Shown: one piece after another, positions 9,703 through 19,322 of the stretch
How the letters are laid out: the number at the start of each line of letters is the position of its first letter
Numbering within the stretch: position 1 is the stretch's first letter
NCBI GenBank assembly: GCA_963677495.2
Contig: CAXXOU010000004.1
Location: 512,001 to 576,000 of the forward strand
Source of the DNA: Candidatus Cloacimonadales bacterium
GTDB taxonomy: Bacteria > Cloacimonadota > Cloacimonadia > Cloacimonadales > JAFGVF01
DNA: 64,000 nucleotides
Direction: 5' to 3'
Notes under the pieces: model-generated
Databases searched by the model: none
What the model saw: the letters and a program-made list of their open reading frames with translations, nothing else
What the model was told of the DNA's origin: nothing
Translations under genes and position numbers: made by a program

Positions 9703-11076
9703 CTACAGGATATATTTCGACAGATCCTCGTTTTGGATTAGGTTTCCAAGATGCTCATCAACTAGTTCAGGTGTGATTACAACTTTCTTCAACTTCTTGT
9801 CCGGCATCTGGAACTGATACTCTTCAAGCAGTTTATTCAGAATTGTCTGTAATCTTCTCGCTCCAATATCTTCCATCATCTCGTTAGCTTGATAAGCATA
9901 TTGAGCTAATGAACTAATCGCTTCCTTCTCAAATGTTAGTTTAACCTTCTCAGCTCCAAAGATAGCTTGATACTGTTTTGTTAAAGCTGTTTCCGGTTCT
10001 GTAAGGATGCGCTCAAAGTCCTCTTTAGTTAAACTGTTAAGCTCTTCTCGTATTGGGAAACGGCCTTGTAACTCAGGGATCAAGTCAGATGGTTTTGCTA
10101 CATGGAAAGCTCCGGCAGCGATAAACAGTATATGCGATGTATTTACCATACCATGCTTAGTAGGAACATTAGAGCCCTCAACAATTGGGAGAAGGTCACG
10201 TTGAACACCACTACGGGATACATCAGCACCATGACGCTCCTTGTTCTCTGCAATTTTATCAATCTCGTCTATGAAGATAATTCCATTGTTCTCCACTCTT
10301 TCCTTTGCGATTCTGACAACTTCATCCTTCTTTACAAGGTTTGCAGCCTCAGTATCAGCCATAACTCTAAGGGCGTCAGAAATCTTGGACTTCTTATTTT
10401 TCTTTTTATTTCTTCCGGGCATGATGTTACTGAGCATATCATTTATGTTAAAATCCATTGTCTCCATATTCACATTAGAGAACACTTCGATATGAGATGG
10501 TTTTGGTGCATCATCTATCTGAATTTCAATCTCTTTGTCATCAAGTTCGCCATTCTCTAGCTTTTCAGCCATCTTATCGCGTGAACGTTTTGCTCTTGCT
10601 AATCTTTCCTCATACTCTTCAGTTGTTTCACTGTCTCTTCGAGTATTATCAGGAGGGGAGAGGAGCTTGTTTAAGACTTTTTCAAAAGCAATCTTCTTTG
10701 CTTTCGGTTGCATCTGATCCATCAGCTCGGTTCTTACTTTATTGATTGAGATATCCAATAACTCACGAATCATTGACTCTACATCTCTACCTACGTATCC
10801 AACTTCAGTGAATTTAGAAGCTTCTACCTTAATGAAAGGTGCATTTGCAAGTCTGGATAAACGTCTTGCAATCTCTGTTTTTCCAACACCGGTTGGTCCT
10901 ATTAATATAATGTTGTTAGGAACAATCTCGTTCTGTAGGTCACCCTCTACCTGTTGTCTTCTCCATCTGTTACGAAGGGCAATAGCAACGGCTTTTTTCG
11001 CGTCATTCTGTCCGATAATATATTTATCAAGTTCTTCAACAATTCTTTTAGGTGTTAAATCACTTACTTTTACCAT
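9703..11076 (-). CDS. hslU: ATP-dependent protease ATPase subunit HslU
   Basis: GPTGVGKTEIARRL, KVEASKFTEVGYVG, FIDEIDKI, GVQRDLLP and IGARRL. Confidence 0.97.
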   Translation of the reverse strand: MVKVSDLTPKRIVEELDKYIIGQNDAKKAVAIALRNRWRRQQVEGDLQNEIVPNNIILIGPTGVGKTEIARRLSRLANAPFIKVEASKFTEVGYVGRDVESMIRELLDISINKVRTELMDQMQPKAKKIAFEKVLNKLLSPPDNTRRDSETTEEYEERLARAKRSRDKMAEKLENGELDDKEIEIQIDDAPKPSHIEVFSNVNMETMDFNINDMLSNIMPGRNKKKNKKSKISDALRVMADTEAANLVKKDEVVRIAKERVENNGIIFIDEIDKIAENKERHGADVSRSGVQRDLLPIVEGSNVPTKHGMVNTSHILFIAAGAFHVAKPSDLIPELQGRFPIREELNSLTKEDFERILTEPETALTKQYQAIFGAEKVKLTFEKEAISSLAQYAYQANEMMEDIGARRLQTILNKLLEEYQFQMPDKKLKKVVITPELVDEHLGNLIQNEDLSKYIL

Positions 11077-11610
11077 TTACAACTCCTCAACTACTAAATT
11101 GTGGTTAGTATAAATGCAGATATCAGCTGCAATATGCAGTGATTTCTCTGCTATCTCTCTAGCTGAAAGCTCAGTGTTTTGATAAAGTGCTCTTGCTGAT
11201 GATAATGCATAATTACCACCTGAACCGATAGTGATAATATTGTCATCTGATTCCAATACATCACCTAGTCCACTTATAAGGAGCAACCCATTTTTATCAC
11301 CAACAATAATCATTGCTTCCAGTTTTCTTAAAACTCTATCTGATCTCCATGCTTTTGCTAACTCAACTGCTGCTCTTTTAAGATTGCCTTTTGTGGCTTT
11401 AAGGTTCTCTTCGAATCTTTCAAAAAGTGTGAAAGCATCTGCAGTTGCTCCTGCAAATCCTGCTACTACATTACCATTGTATAATTTTCTGATCTTTAAT
11501 GCTTTACCTTTAATAACTGTACTGCCTAATGTGACCTGACCATCTCCTGCAATCACAGTTTTACCGTCTTTCCTAACACCAATAATTGTGGTTCCATGAA
11601 AAGCTTCCAT
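11077..11610 (-). CDS. hslV: ATP-dependent protease peptidase subunit HslV
   Basis: GTTII N-terminal Thr, [16 protein letters not shown] and IGSGG; adjacent to hslU. Confidence 0.97.
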   Translation of the reverse strand: MEAFHGTTIIGVRKDGKTVIAGDGQVTLGSTVIKGKALKIRKLYNGNVVAGFAGATADAFTLFERFEENLKATKGNLKRAAVELAKAWRSDRVLRKLEAMIIVGDKNGLLLISGLGDVLESDDNIITIGSGGNYALSSARALYQNTELSAREIAEKSLHIAADICIYTNHNLVVEEL

Positions 11611-11744
11611 TTATCACCTCCATGATGATTTTTATCAATCGAAAGAAGAGACTGCTAATTTGTCAAGGATTATCTGTAGGAAGCATTTTTTACGCGGATT
11701 ATGAATTAAAGCAATTAACAGGGTTATCTCCAATCATAAAGAGG

Positions 11745-12062
11745 TACACAGCGCAATTTGCAACAACTTACGGCATTTCAGGGAGTTTGTCAGCCTGATA
11801 AGGCAACGGACTTCCTTAAAATGCACTCCGAAGTCGCAATTCCCCAAGCTCGCGAACTCACACTGGTGACCGCTTCAGGGTGACATAGACAGTGCAATTT
11901 GCAACAACTTAGCCATATTTACTGCCCCTTTTACTCTCTTTTACTGTACTTTTCATCAACGCACTGTGCTCCCACTGTGTTCGCACTGTGAAGGCACTGC
12001 CAACCCACTGTTTCACTGGGTGCACAGTGCGTGCACAGTGGGAAAACAGTGGGATGACTGCG
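11745..12062 (+). repeat. Modular intergenic repeat, locus 1 (anchor-B-D-anchor-C)
   Basis: Anchors at 11745-11770 and 11884-11911. Modules match 38475-38653 and the reverse complements of 55041-55220 and 55272-55372. Confidence 0.9.
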
Positions 12063-12124
12063 ATTTGTCTTAGGGATTGTAGCAACAGCATAGATGCTAC
12101 GATTTAGATAATCGTTTTTTCCCA

Positions 12125-12153
12125 TTGACATTACAGTAATGAAGTGGTATAAA
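12125..12153 (+). promoter_or_regulatory. Sigma70-type promoter
   Basis: TTGACA-17 bp-TATAAA with an extended -10 TG, 36 bp before ATG 12190. Confidence 0.65.
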
Positions 12154-12189
12154 TGAATTACTACACCGTTAATGAAAAAGGAGTTTATA

Positions 12190-13575
12190 ATGAACAAAAA
12201 ATTGTTATTTTTTTTGATTAGTATTCTTTCGATTTATTCTCTGAGCTTATATGCTCAGAACAATTGCTTGGAGTTTGACGGAAGCGATGATTATGTTGAT
12301 TGTGGCTTTGATGTTTCATTAGACATTACAGATAATACAGTATCAATTGAAGCATGGCTGTTCCCAACGGATTTCAAGGATGCTCATTGGAAGAATACAA
12401 TAGTTGCTAATGACTATTGGGACATAAATAATTCCGCAGGATATGTATTCCGATATGGAGGTCCCAACGGAGATTTAGATTTCACATTTTCAAATATTGG
12501 AGGGAATTGGGTTTCCGTAACAGCTAACAGTGTATTACTCCTGAATACATGGCAACATGTTGCCGTTATATATAATGGTACAACCGCCAAACTTTATGTA
12601 GATGGAGAAGAAAAAGCAAGTAGCAATCTGAGCAATAATATTTTAAGCTCAACTCAACCATTAAACATTGGCCGCTCAACAGGTGACCCATCCGGTAGAA
12701 TGCTTGTCGCTAAGTTAGATGAGTTAAGAATCTGGGGAGATGCTAGAACTCAAACTGAAATAGTTGATAACATGAACAGAGAAATTACAGGTACTGAGCA
12801 AGATTTAGTTGCATACTATAGATTCAACGAAGGTTCCGGTCAGGTTGTAAATGATGCTACAGGTACTAATGATGGGATTCTAGGTTCCGGTACATTATCA
12901 GATTCGGCTGATCCCACTTGGGTTTTATCTGATATGCCACTTCCTGTCACCCTTTCTAACTTCACAGCCGCTTATATTCAGGATAGCGAAATGGTCTCAA
13001 TTTCTTGGATTACACAATCGGAAATCAACAGCATTGGCTGGAATATATACCGTTCTACTGAAAATGAAGACTTTCTTAAATTGAATGGTGATATCATTAT
13101 TGGAGCAGGAACATCTTCAGAGCCCACTCATTATTCTTTTTCTGATGACTGGGTACTGACTGAAAATACTACTTATGAATACTGGCTAGAGAATCTTGAT
13201 ATTTCTAATATTAATGTAATGTATGGACCAATTTCAGTAAAGATTCATATGGATGAAGATGAAGAAGATGGTGAAGTGCCAGATCTCATCGATAACTTTG
13301 GGCTATTCCAGAACTATCCAAATCCTTTTAATCCAAATACAACCATTAGCTTTTGTATGCAAGAAGATACCACTGTTGAGCTTATTATCTTCGATATCAA
13401 GGGGAAGATAGTGAGAACTCTCGTAAAGAATCAAATCATTTCCAAAGGTAAAGTCTGCAATTATACTTGGAATGGATTAAATGATAATGGTGAAGTTGTT
13501 GGTTCCGGTATATATTTCTATAAGTTAAAAGCTGATAGTTATGAAACGACAAAGAAGATGATATTAATGAAGTAA
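12190..13575 (+). CDS. Secreted LamG-like jelly-roll protein with FlgD-Ig/Por-type C-terminal domain
   Basis: Signal peptide, LEFDGSDDYV, WQHVAVIY, LDELRIW, LPVTLSNFTA and QNYPNPFNP...KKMILMK. AAGGAG RBS precedes ATG 12190. Confidence 0.85.
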   Translation: MNKKLLFFLISILSIYSLSLYAQNNCLEFDGSDDYVDCGFDVSLDITDNTVSIEAWLFPTDFKDAHWKNTIVANDYWDINNSAGYVFRYGGPNGDLDFTFSNIGGNWVSVTANSVLLLNTWQHVAVIYNGTTAKLYVDGEEKASSNLSNNILSSTQPLNIGRSTGDPSGRMLVAKLDELRIWGDARTQTEIVDNMNREITGTEQDLVAYYRFNEGSGQVVNDATGTNDGILGSGTLSDSADPTWVLSDMPLPVTLSNFTAAYIQDSEMVSISWITQSEINSIGWNIYRSTENEDFLKLNGDIIIGAGTSSEPTHYSFSDDWVLTENTTYEYWLENLDISNINVMYGPISVKIHMDEDEEDGEVPDLIDNFGLFQNYPNPFNPNTTISFCMQEDTTVELIIFDIKGKIVRTLVKNQIISKGKVCNYTWNGLNDNGEVVGSGIYFYKLKADSYETTKKMILMK

Positions 13576-13591
13576 AGGTTTCTTATTCTAT

Positions 13592-13622
13592 AAAGACCAT
13601 TCCTTTGAGGAGTGGTCTTTTT
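13592..13622 (+). terminator. Intrinsic terminator
   Basis: AAAGACCATTCCT-ttg-AGGAGTGGTCTTTTT. Confidence 0.8.
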
Positions 13623-13699
13623 ATATTGTGCTGAATAAGACTCTGTAGAAATATTGACAACTTTCACTCTCATTAAAAGATGTTTGCTAAGGAGACAAG

Positions 13700-13900
13700 A
13701 TGGATAACATAGTCGGAAGAAGAATAATTGCAGAAGTCAATGGCAAGAAGCAAACTGTCAGAGTTAAGCTTGAAAATAATAGATTAGTTGTTACTGATTG
13801 GGATAGTGGTGAGAGTATAATAAAGTTTAGAGTTGTAAACGCCAATCCTGTAAATCCGATAGTGGTTATCAGCTCTTTGGAATGCGATGATGAGAAGTAG
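13700..13900 (+). CDS. Small hypothetical protein
   Basis: AAGGAG RBS, 66 aa, overlaps the start of the next gene. Confidence 0.6.
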   Translation: MDNIVGRRIIAEVNGKKQTVRVKLENNRLVVTDWDSGESIIKFRVVNANPVNPIVVISSLECDDEK

Positions 13901-14786
13901 ATTTACATTTTTAATAGTACTAATAGTGGCTACTCTTTCTCTTCAAGCAATAGAGTTATGGGTACCACCTTCTAATATTGCTTATCCTTTTGCAAAAGTT
14001 GCAGAGACAAATGAGAAGATTAATCTAAATTTGTATAGAGATGTAAATACAGAGTTGCTTCCAACCCTTATGAAGCAGAAAGCAGGTTTGTACCTACTTC
14101 CATCCAATGTTGCTGCAAAGTTATATAACAATGGAATTCAGTTAGATTTGGTTGCTACTTTCTCAACTGATATGTTGATTATTCTTTCCGACAATCCGGA
14201 GATACATGAGTTGAAAGATTTAAATGGGCAATCATTCTATGCTGGTGGACAGGGTAGTTCTCCGGACATAGTATCACGATACCTTTTTGGTCAGAACGCT
14301 ATTGAAGTTGATATGCAGTATGGCAACTCACCTGAGATTGCTAAGTTCTTTGTTTCAGGGAAATACAATAATGTTGTTCTTCCTCAGCCATTGGCATCTT
14401 TTGTTTTGAATAAAGCAGAAAGACCGATAAATCAAATCAACCTTACAAAAGAGTGGATTAGGTTGAACCCTGAGAGTAAGGGTATTCCACAACTGGCTTT
14501 AGTATCTATAAAAGTAGAATCTGATGAGCTGGTAGAAAGTTTGATAGAGTCTTTTGAGAAGTATCAACAAGAGATGAATACAGAAAAGAAGAGTTCTGCT
14601 GTAAAGATAAAGAAGCTGTTAGGATACAAGTTTAATGATAATGTTATTGAAGAAAGTATTGCTCCAATCAATGTATATACCGATAAGACGGCAATGAGGG
14701 AGTTGAAGCAATACTTTAAAGCTATAATGAAAGTTGCCCCTAAATCAATCGGTAGTAAACTCCCTGATGAAGAGTTTTTTAACTAA
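13887..14786 (+). CDS. ABC transporter substrate-binding protein (NitT/TauT-like)
   Basis: Signal peptide, LPSNVAAKLYN, GGQGSSPD, LPQP and IGSKLPDEEFF; followed by permease and ATPase genes. Confidence 0.75.
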   Translation: MMRSRFTFLIVLIVATLSLQAIELWVPPSNIAYPFAKVAETNEKINLNLYRDVNTELLPTLMKQKAGLYLLPSNVAAKLYNNGIQLDLVATFSTDMLIILSDNPEIHELKDLNGQSFYAGGQGSSPDIVSRYLFGQNAIEVDMQYGNSPEIAKFFVSGKYNNVVLPQPLASFVLNKAERPINQINLTKEWIRLNPESKGIPQLALVSIKVESDELVESLIESFEKYQQEMNTEKKSSAVKIKKLLGYKFNDNVIEESIAPINVYTDKTAMRELKQYFKAIMKVAPKSIGSKLPDEEFFN

Positions 14787-15507
14787 CAAACTACTACCTT
14801 TTATTGCGTTCATTGTTGTATGGCAATTAGTTTCATTGCTGTTCAGTTCTTTGATCCTGCCTTCACCGATTGAAGTAGCAAAATCGATTGGTTCTATTGT
14901 TGTGACGGGTGGATTCTATTCTTCTATTTCAATTACTTTATTGAGAGCTGTTGTCGGATTAGTAATTTCCTTACTGTTAGGAATATTACTTGGATTCCTT
15001 ATGCACTTCTCAAAAGCAGTTGATAGCATTATGCACCCAATAATAATAGTGCTCCAATCATTACCAATCATCTCATGGTTGTTACTTGCATTGATTTGGT
15101 TTGAAAACTCAGTAATACCTGTATTCATTGTGGCAATTTCTACTTTACCAATCATAATTCTTAATGTCTATGAAGGTCTAAAAGAGATAAGTGGAGAATA
15201 TCTTGAACTTGTGCATTTCTATAAACTAAGTTTTAGCAAGTGTCTGAAAGGACTTTATTTGCCTACTATAATGACATTTATTGTTTCTGCATACAAGATA
15301 ATCATCGGACTTTGCGTGAAAACATCAGTAATGGCAGAAGTTATAAGTCGCGTGAAGCAGGGGATAGGTAATGATTTGAACACTGCTTGGATTAACATTG
15401 ATACTACTGAGGTTCTGGCTTATACAGTGATTATTGTACTATTTACATATCTACTTGAGCGTGGAATATCGATTAGTTTTAGTAGGATTTTGAGGAATTA
15501 CAGATGA
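14767..15507 (+). CDS. ABC transporter permease (NitT/TauT-like)
   Basis: LILPSP, SLPIISW, multiple TM segments, VMAEV and GIG. Confidence 0.85.
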   Translation: MKSFLTNKLLPFIAFIVVWQLVSLLFSSLILPSPIEVAKSIGSIVVTGGFYSSISITLLRAVVGLVISLLLGILLGFLMHFSKAVDSIMHPIIIVLQSLPIISWLLLALIWFENSVIPVFIVAISTLPIIILNVYEGLKEISGEYLELVHFYKLSFSKCLKGLYLPTIMTFIVSAYKIIIGLCVKTSVMAEVISRVKQGIGNDLNTAWINIDTTEVLAYTVIIVLFTYLLERGISISFSRILRNYR

Positions 15508-16196
15508 TAAGTTTTACTAATCTTACTAAGAAATTTGGGGATAAGGTTATTTTTGATAATCTTGATATTCATATTAATCCGGGAAAGACAGTAATTCTCG
15601 GTCCATCCGGTTCCGGTAAGACGACACTTTTGAGAATCATTGCCGGACTTGATGACGATTATGAAGGAGTAATTGAGTCTGAATCAGCTAATCTAAGTTA
15701 TGTGTTTCAAGAAGATAGATTGCTTCCATGGAAGACTTTAAGGCAGAATATTGAGTTTATTCTTCCCAACCCGGAGCAATTTATGGCAAGAATTAATCAA
15801 GTAGCGAAATCGTTGCATATAGATGATCTCCTGGATAAAAGAACATACGTAATAAGTGGTGGTCAAAAGCGCAGATGTGCAATAGCCAGAGGTTTTATCT
15901 ACCCATCCGATACGATTCTCATGGATGAACCATTCAGCTCGCTTGACCTTTATTTGAAGCTACATATTATCGATGATTTAAAAGAGCTTTTAGAGCATGA
16001 TTCCAGAAACCTTATTCTCATAACTCATGATATTAATGAAGCACTGCTTTTAGCGGATGAGATTATTATCTTCAAACATACACCTGTGAGTGAGTTCCGA
16101 AGAATCAAAGTAGACTTGAAAGAGCGTCGCATTGATAATGATGAGTTTAACAGACTCAGTAAAGAGATTTATCATTATCTACTGGAAAGGAGTTAA
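15504..16196 (+). CDS. ABC transporter ATP-binding protein
   Basis: GPSGSGKT, VFQEDRLLPW, ISGGQ and LMDEPFSSLD. Confidence 0.92.
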   Translation: MISFTNLTKKFGDKVIFDNLDIHINPGKTVILGPSGSGKTTLLRIIAGLDDDYEGVIESESANLSYVFQEDRLLPWKTLRQNIEFILPNPEQFMARINQVAKSLHIDDLLDKRTYVISGGQKRRCAIARGFIYPSDTILMDEPFSSLDLYLKLHIIDDLKELLEHDSRNLILITHDINEALLLADEIIIFKHTPVSEFRRIKVDLKERRIDNDEFNRLSKEIYHYLLERS

Positions 16197-16197
16197 G

Positions 16198-16572
16198 ATG
16201 ATCTACGGTATCGGTACAGACATAATTGAAGTTGCAAGAATCGAGAGAAGTCTAACTAAAACTCCAACCATGAAAGGTAGATTATTCAGTGATTCAGAAC
16301 AAACTTATTGCGAAAGTAAAGCACGTAAATATGAACACTATGCTGCCCGTTTCGCTGCAAAAGAAGCTTTTGTTAAGGCCTTAGGTACCGGATTAAGAAA
16401 CGGACTTGCATTTCATGAGATTGTCATCACCAATGATGAGTTAGGTGCTCCTGCAATCAAACTCGTTGGTGAGACTGAGAAGATAGTGACAAAGCTATCA
16501 CTGACCAATATCAAAGTATCACTTTCCCACCTAAAAGATACAGCTATTGCATTCGTAGTTGTTGAGAGATAA
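16198..16572 (+). CDS. acpS: Holo-[acyl-carrier-protein] synthase
   Basis: GIGTDIIEV, AARFAAKEAFVKALGTG and VSLSH; AGGAG RBS. Confidence 0.95.
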   Translation: MIYGIGTDIIEVARIERSLTKTPTMKGRLFSDSEQTYCESKARKYEHYAARFAAKEAFVKALGTGLRNGLAFHEIVITNDELGAPAIKLVGETEKIVTKLSLTNIKVSLSHLKDTAIAFVVVER

Positions 16573-16609
16573 GTGCCCTCACTTGTACATAGCTATCATA
16601 ATATGATTT

Positions 16610-16808
16610 AGCCTTGAAGAGGCGTCAGTTCAATAGCCACATGCTTGGGCATGTGGTAATGTAATAAAAAAAATATTGTAGCCCTATAGGGGCGAAAGAT
16701 GAGCACGCTCGAGCTCTTGCGCCCCTTCAGGGCTAAAACAATGTCCGAGGTCTTTAACCCCAAGCGACAAGTCGCATGGGGCTATTAAACAATCGCTCTT
16801 TCAGAGCT
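16610..16808. repeat. Palindromic REP/REPIN-like cluster (AGCCCTGAAGGGGCG-type units)
   Basis: AGCCTTGAAGAGGCG (16610), AGCCCTATAGGGGCG (16680), CGCCCCTTCAGGGCT (~16720) and CGCTCTTTCAGAGCT (~16794), symmetrically arranged with internal hairpins. Confidence 0.75.
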
Positions 16809-16837
16809 GGAACGTAGATCAATATTGCAAGTCATAT

Positions 16838-16997
16838 TGTAGGGCATGCAGCCTGCCTGCCCACAGCTCGATAGAGCTGTATTCCCCTCGACAGAACCTG
16901 ATTATTTTTAGCTAAAGAGCTTTAGTGATTTATACCAATAAACATCAGTGGAAGCGCTTAGCTGTGCTAAGCGGACAAGCTGGTAGCATGTCCTACA
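16838..16997. repeat. GTAG-type REP doublet
   Basis: TGTAGGGCATGC...CTGCCTGCCC paired with the inverted GGACAAGCTGGTAGCATGTCCTACA. Confidence 0.65.
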
Positions 16998-17261
16998 TTT
17001 CGACATGCAACATCGAAGTCGTTTGAAGAATGTCTGATGGAAATAATGTATCCTCTCCTACCTCACACGGGGACCACTCGGGGATCTCCCCCGCCTAGCC
17101 CCGAGAGGACCGGGGGAGGAGCGGATGCAAAGCAGGGGAAAATCTCAGACTTCTGCCATACATCTAGCAGAGTTCGACTGAATAGCTGAATAGCTGTCTT
17201 TAGAGAAAAGTCCTAAATATATTGTGCTTTCATTGACTCGATAGCAACACAGCCAATACGT

Positions 17262-17840
17262 TTAGTCGAATTTGTCCCTAATCTTAACACAAGGCATAGG
17301 GAAATGAATACCGGAATTATCTATTGGAAGGTGCTCATCTAAGAGTTTTTTCATCTCCTTGTATGGTGTAAGATACTTAGGAGAACCCCATAAAAACCAG
17401 TTAATTGAATCTGATCGTTCTAAAAAATCCCAGTCATTGATTGATTTCTTTCCTGCTTTAAAATGCTCGAAATTGAGGAGCATATTGTTTTGTACTCCTA
17501 AAGTTTTTCTGTCACCATTAGTTCTATATAACTTAATTTCTCCGAGAAGTTCAGTGATTGAGAAGGGAGAGTAGAGATTTATAGAATAACTTGCTTGCCT
17601 GAAGAACCAGTCGGCAATTATCTTATCAATATCTTTCAGCACTTTGTTGGTGACACAGGGGATAAAGAAAGTGAAGTAAGTTTTAGAATTAGTAATAAAC
17701 CAGCATTTCTTTCTGTTCAGATATATTAGGCGGATGTTCCAAGTTCCAAGTGGATGTTCAGTAGGCTCTTTTGGTGCCTTTTCCAGTTTGAATGGTAGTG
17801 TCTTCTCTAATTTAGTACTTACGTGAAAACGAGTAATCAT
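17262..17840 (-). CDS. Hypothetical protein (DUF6933-like)
   Basis: AGGAGGAG RBS; LGTWNIRLIYLNRKKCWFITNSKTYFTF resembles that family from memory. Confidence 0.65.
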   Translation of the reverse strand: MITRFHVSTKLEKTLPFKLEKAPKEPTEHPLGTWNIRLIYLNRKKCWFITNSKTYFTFFIPCVTNKVLKDIDKIIADWFFRQASYSINLYSPFSITELLGEIKLYRTNGDRKTLGVQNNMLLNFEHFKAGKKSINDWDFLERSDSINWFLWGSPKYLTPYKEMKKLLDEHLPIDNSGIHFPMPCVKIRDKFD

Positions 17841-18210
17841 AATACTCCTCCTGAAATAAAAATGTACAGCATAAAATTATTGTCAATTATAGTTATCAGA
17901 TATTGGTCACAACTCGAATATGATGCACTTCCAGGATAAAAGTTAGTAGTTGGAAAACTCATGCTTCTAATCTTTGCAGTATAGAAAGATAGCAAAAAAA
18001 TATGATATAATTACCCAATGAGCTGAATAAGCTAAAATACTGTGATATAGGCAGGTTATGGGTTTATAAGGCTTGTTTGAGGAGAATCGGAGTAATAATG
18101 CAACCCCAAGAATCTTTATAAAAAGTGAAATATTCCTTTACAAAGGCATTGATTTGATATATATAGCAAGTGACTTAAAATGGATAAATATATACATTAG
18201 AAGGTGCGAA

Positions 18211-18423
18211 ATGAAGGAAATGAAACTTGAGAAAGCACTTCAGCGAATTGAAGAAATTGTAGAAAAACTGGAGTCCGGTGAATTAGAGCTGGAAGAAACT
18301 ATTCAATACTTCAAAGAGGGAACTGAGCTTGTTAAGCTTTGCACTTCAAAAATTGATAATCTGGAGATGAAGATTACTCAGTTATCTACAGAATTAGGGT
18401 CGGTAGAAAAAGAGGAGATTTAA
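18211..18423 (+). CDS. xseB: Exodeoxyribonuclease VII small subunit
   Basis: LEKALQRIEEIVEKLESGELELEETIQYFKEG; classic position upstream of ispA. Confidence 0.92.
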   Translation: MKEMKLEKALQRIEEIVEKLESGELELEETIQYFKEGTELVKLCTSKIDNLEMKITQLSTELGSVEKEEI

Positions 18424-19322
18424 TGGCTGAACCAACAAAAAAAGCCCTGAAGAAAGATTTAAAAGAGAAGAAAGAGTGGGTTAATATTGTTTTAGACAGA
18501 TTCCTACCGAGAAAAGATGAGTATCCGAAAGATATTCATAAGGCTATGAGACATACACTCTTTGCCGGTGGTAAGAGACTTCGTCCTTATCTTATGATAA
18601 GAACCTTCCTGCTTTTTAGTAATGAAGTAGAGAAGATATCTCATCTTGCAGCAGCGATAGAGTTACTACATACATATTCCCTAATCCAGGATGATCTTCC
18701 TGAAATCGATAATGATGATACAAGAAGGGGAAGACAGGCTTGTCATATTTTATATGGTAGTAATATTGCTTTGTTAGCATCTGATGCCCTCCTTGTAAGT
18801 GCATTTGAGATTCTATCTGCAGCTAAACTTCCTGATGCCCTTAAGATTAAACTAATAGCAGAATTTGCTTCTGATATGGGTATCAAAGGTTTGCTTGCAG
18901 GTCAGATGGAAGATATTGCTTGTGAAGGTTTAAACAAACCGGATAAACGTAAGTTAACATATATACATAACAATAAGACAGCAAAGCTGATAAACCTTTC
19001 TATCCGTTTTGCCTGCTATGCAGCCGGTGCATCAGAAAAAGAAACGCAGAAGATGGAAAAGGTTGGCACTAAGCTTGGAATGGCTTTCCAGATAGTAGAT
19101 GATATCCTAGATATCGAAGGCACATCAGGTATGATGGGAAAGACTGTCGGAAAAGACGTTGCACAAGGTAAAATGACTTTCCCTGCAGTTTACGGTCTCG
19201 AAAAATCAAGAGAGATGGCTGAGAAGTATGTCAATGATAGTATCAAACTACTCAACAGTTATGGGGATAAAGCTGAATTGTTAGTGATGTTATCGGACTT
19301 TATCCTTACACGTAAATTCTAA
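18423..19322 (+). CDS. ispA: Farnesyl/geranylgeranyl diphosphate synthase
   Basis: GGKRLRP, DDLPEIDNDDTRRG, FQIVDDILD and GKTVGKD. Confidence 0.92.
   Translation: MAEPTKKALKKDLKEKKEWVNIVLDRFLPRKDEYPKDIHKAMRHTLFAGGKRLRPYLMIRTFLLFSNEVEKISHLAAAIELLHTYSLIQDDLPEIDNDDTRRGRQACHILYGSNIALLASDALLVSAFEILSAAKLPDALKIKLIAEFASDMGIKGLLAGQMEDIACEGLNKPDKRKLTYIHNNKTAKLINLSIRFACYAAGASEKETQKMEKVGTKLGMAFQIVDDILDIEGTSGMMGKTVGKDVAQGKMTFPAVYGLEKSREMAEKYVNDSIKLLNSYGDKAELLVMLSDFILTRKF

Noticed and set aside
9703..11610. Many plus-strand ORFs opposite hslUV (and similar shadows opposite sppA, nadA and the AMP-binding gene)
   Set aside because: Antisense shadows of codon-biased genes with Ser/Phe/Ile-rich nonsense composition.
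11745..12062. Integron attC cassettes
   Set aside because: No RYYYAAC...GTTRRRY-bounded palindrome, no cassette ORFs and no integrase.
11586..12197. Short ORFs 11586-11798, 11909-12091 and 11931-12197 (also 46317-46613, 46667-47083, 54880-55092, 55373-55594)
   Set aside because: They lie over repeat modules or antisense to real genes and lack an RBS; treated as artefacts.
17040..17160. tRNA or known ncRNA in the GC-rich stretch
   Set aside because: No T-loop GTTCGA with cloverleaf and no CCA end; better explained as a nested palindrome.
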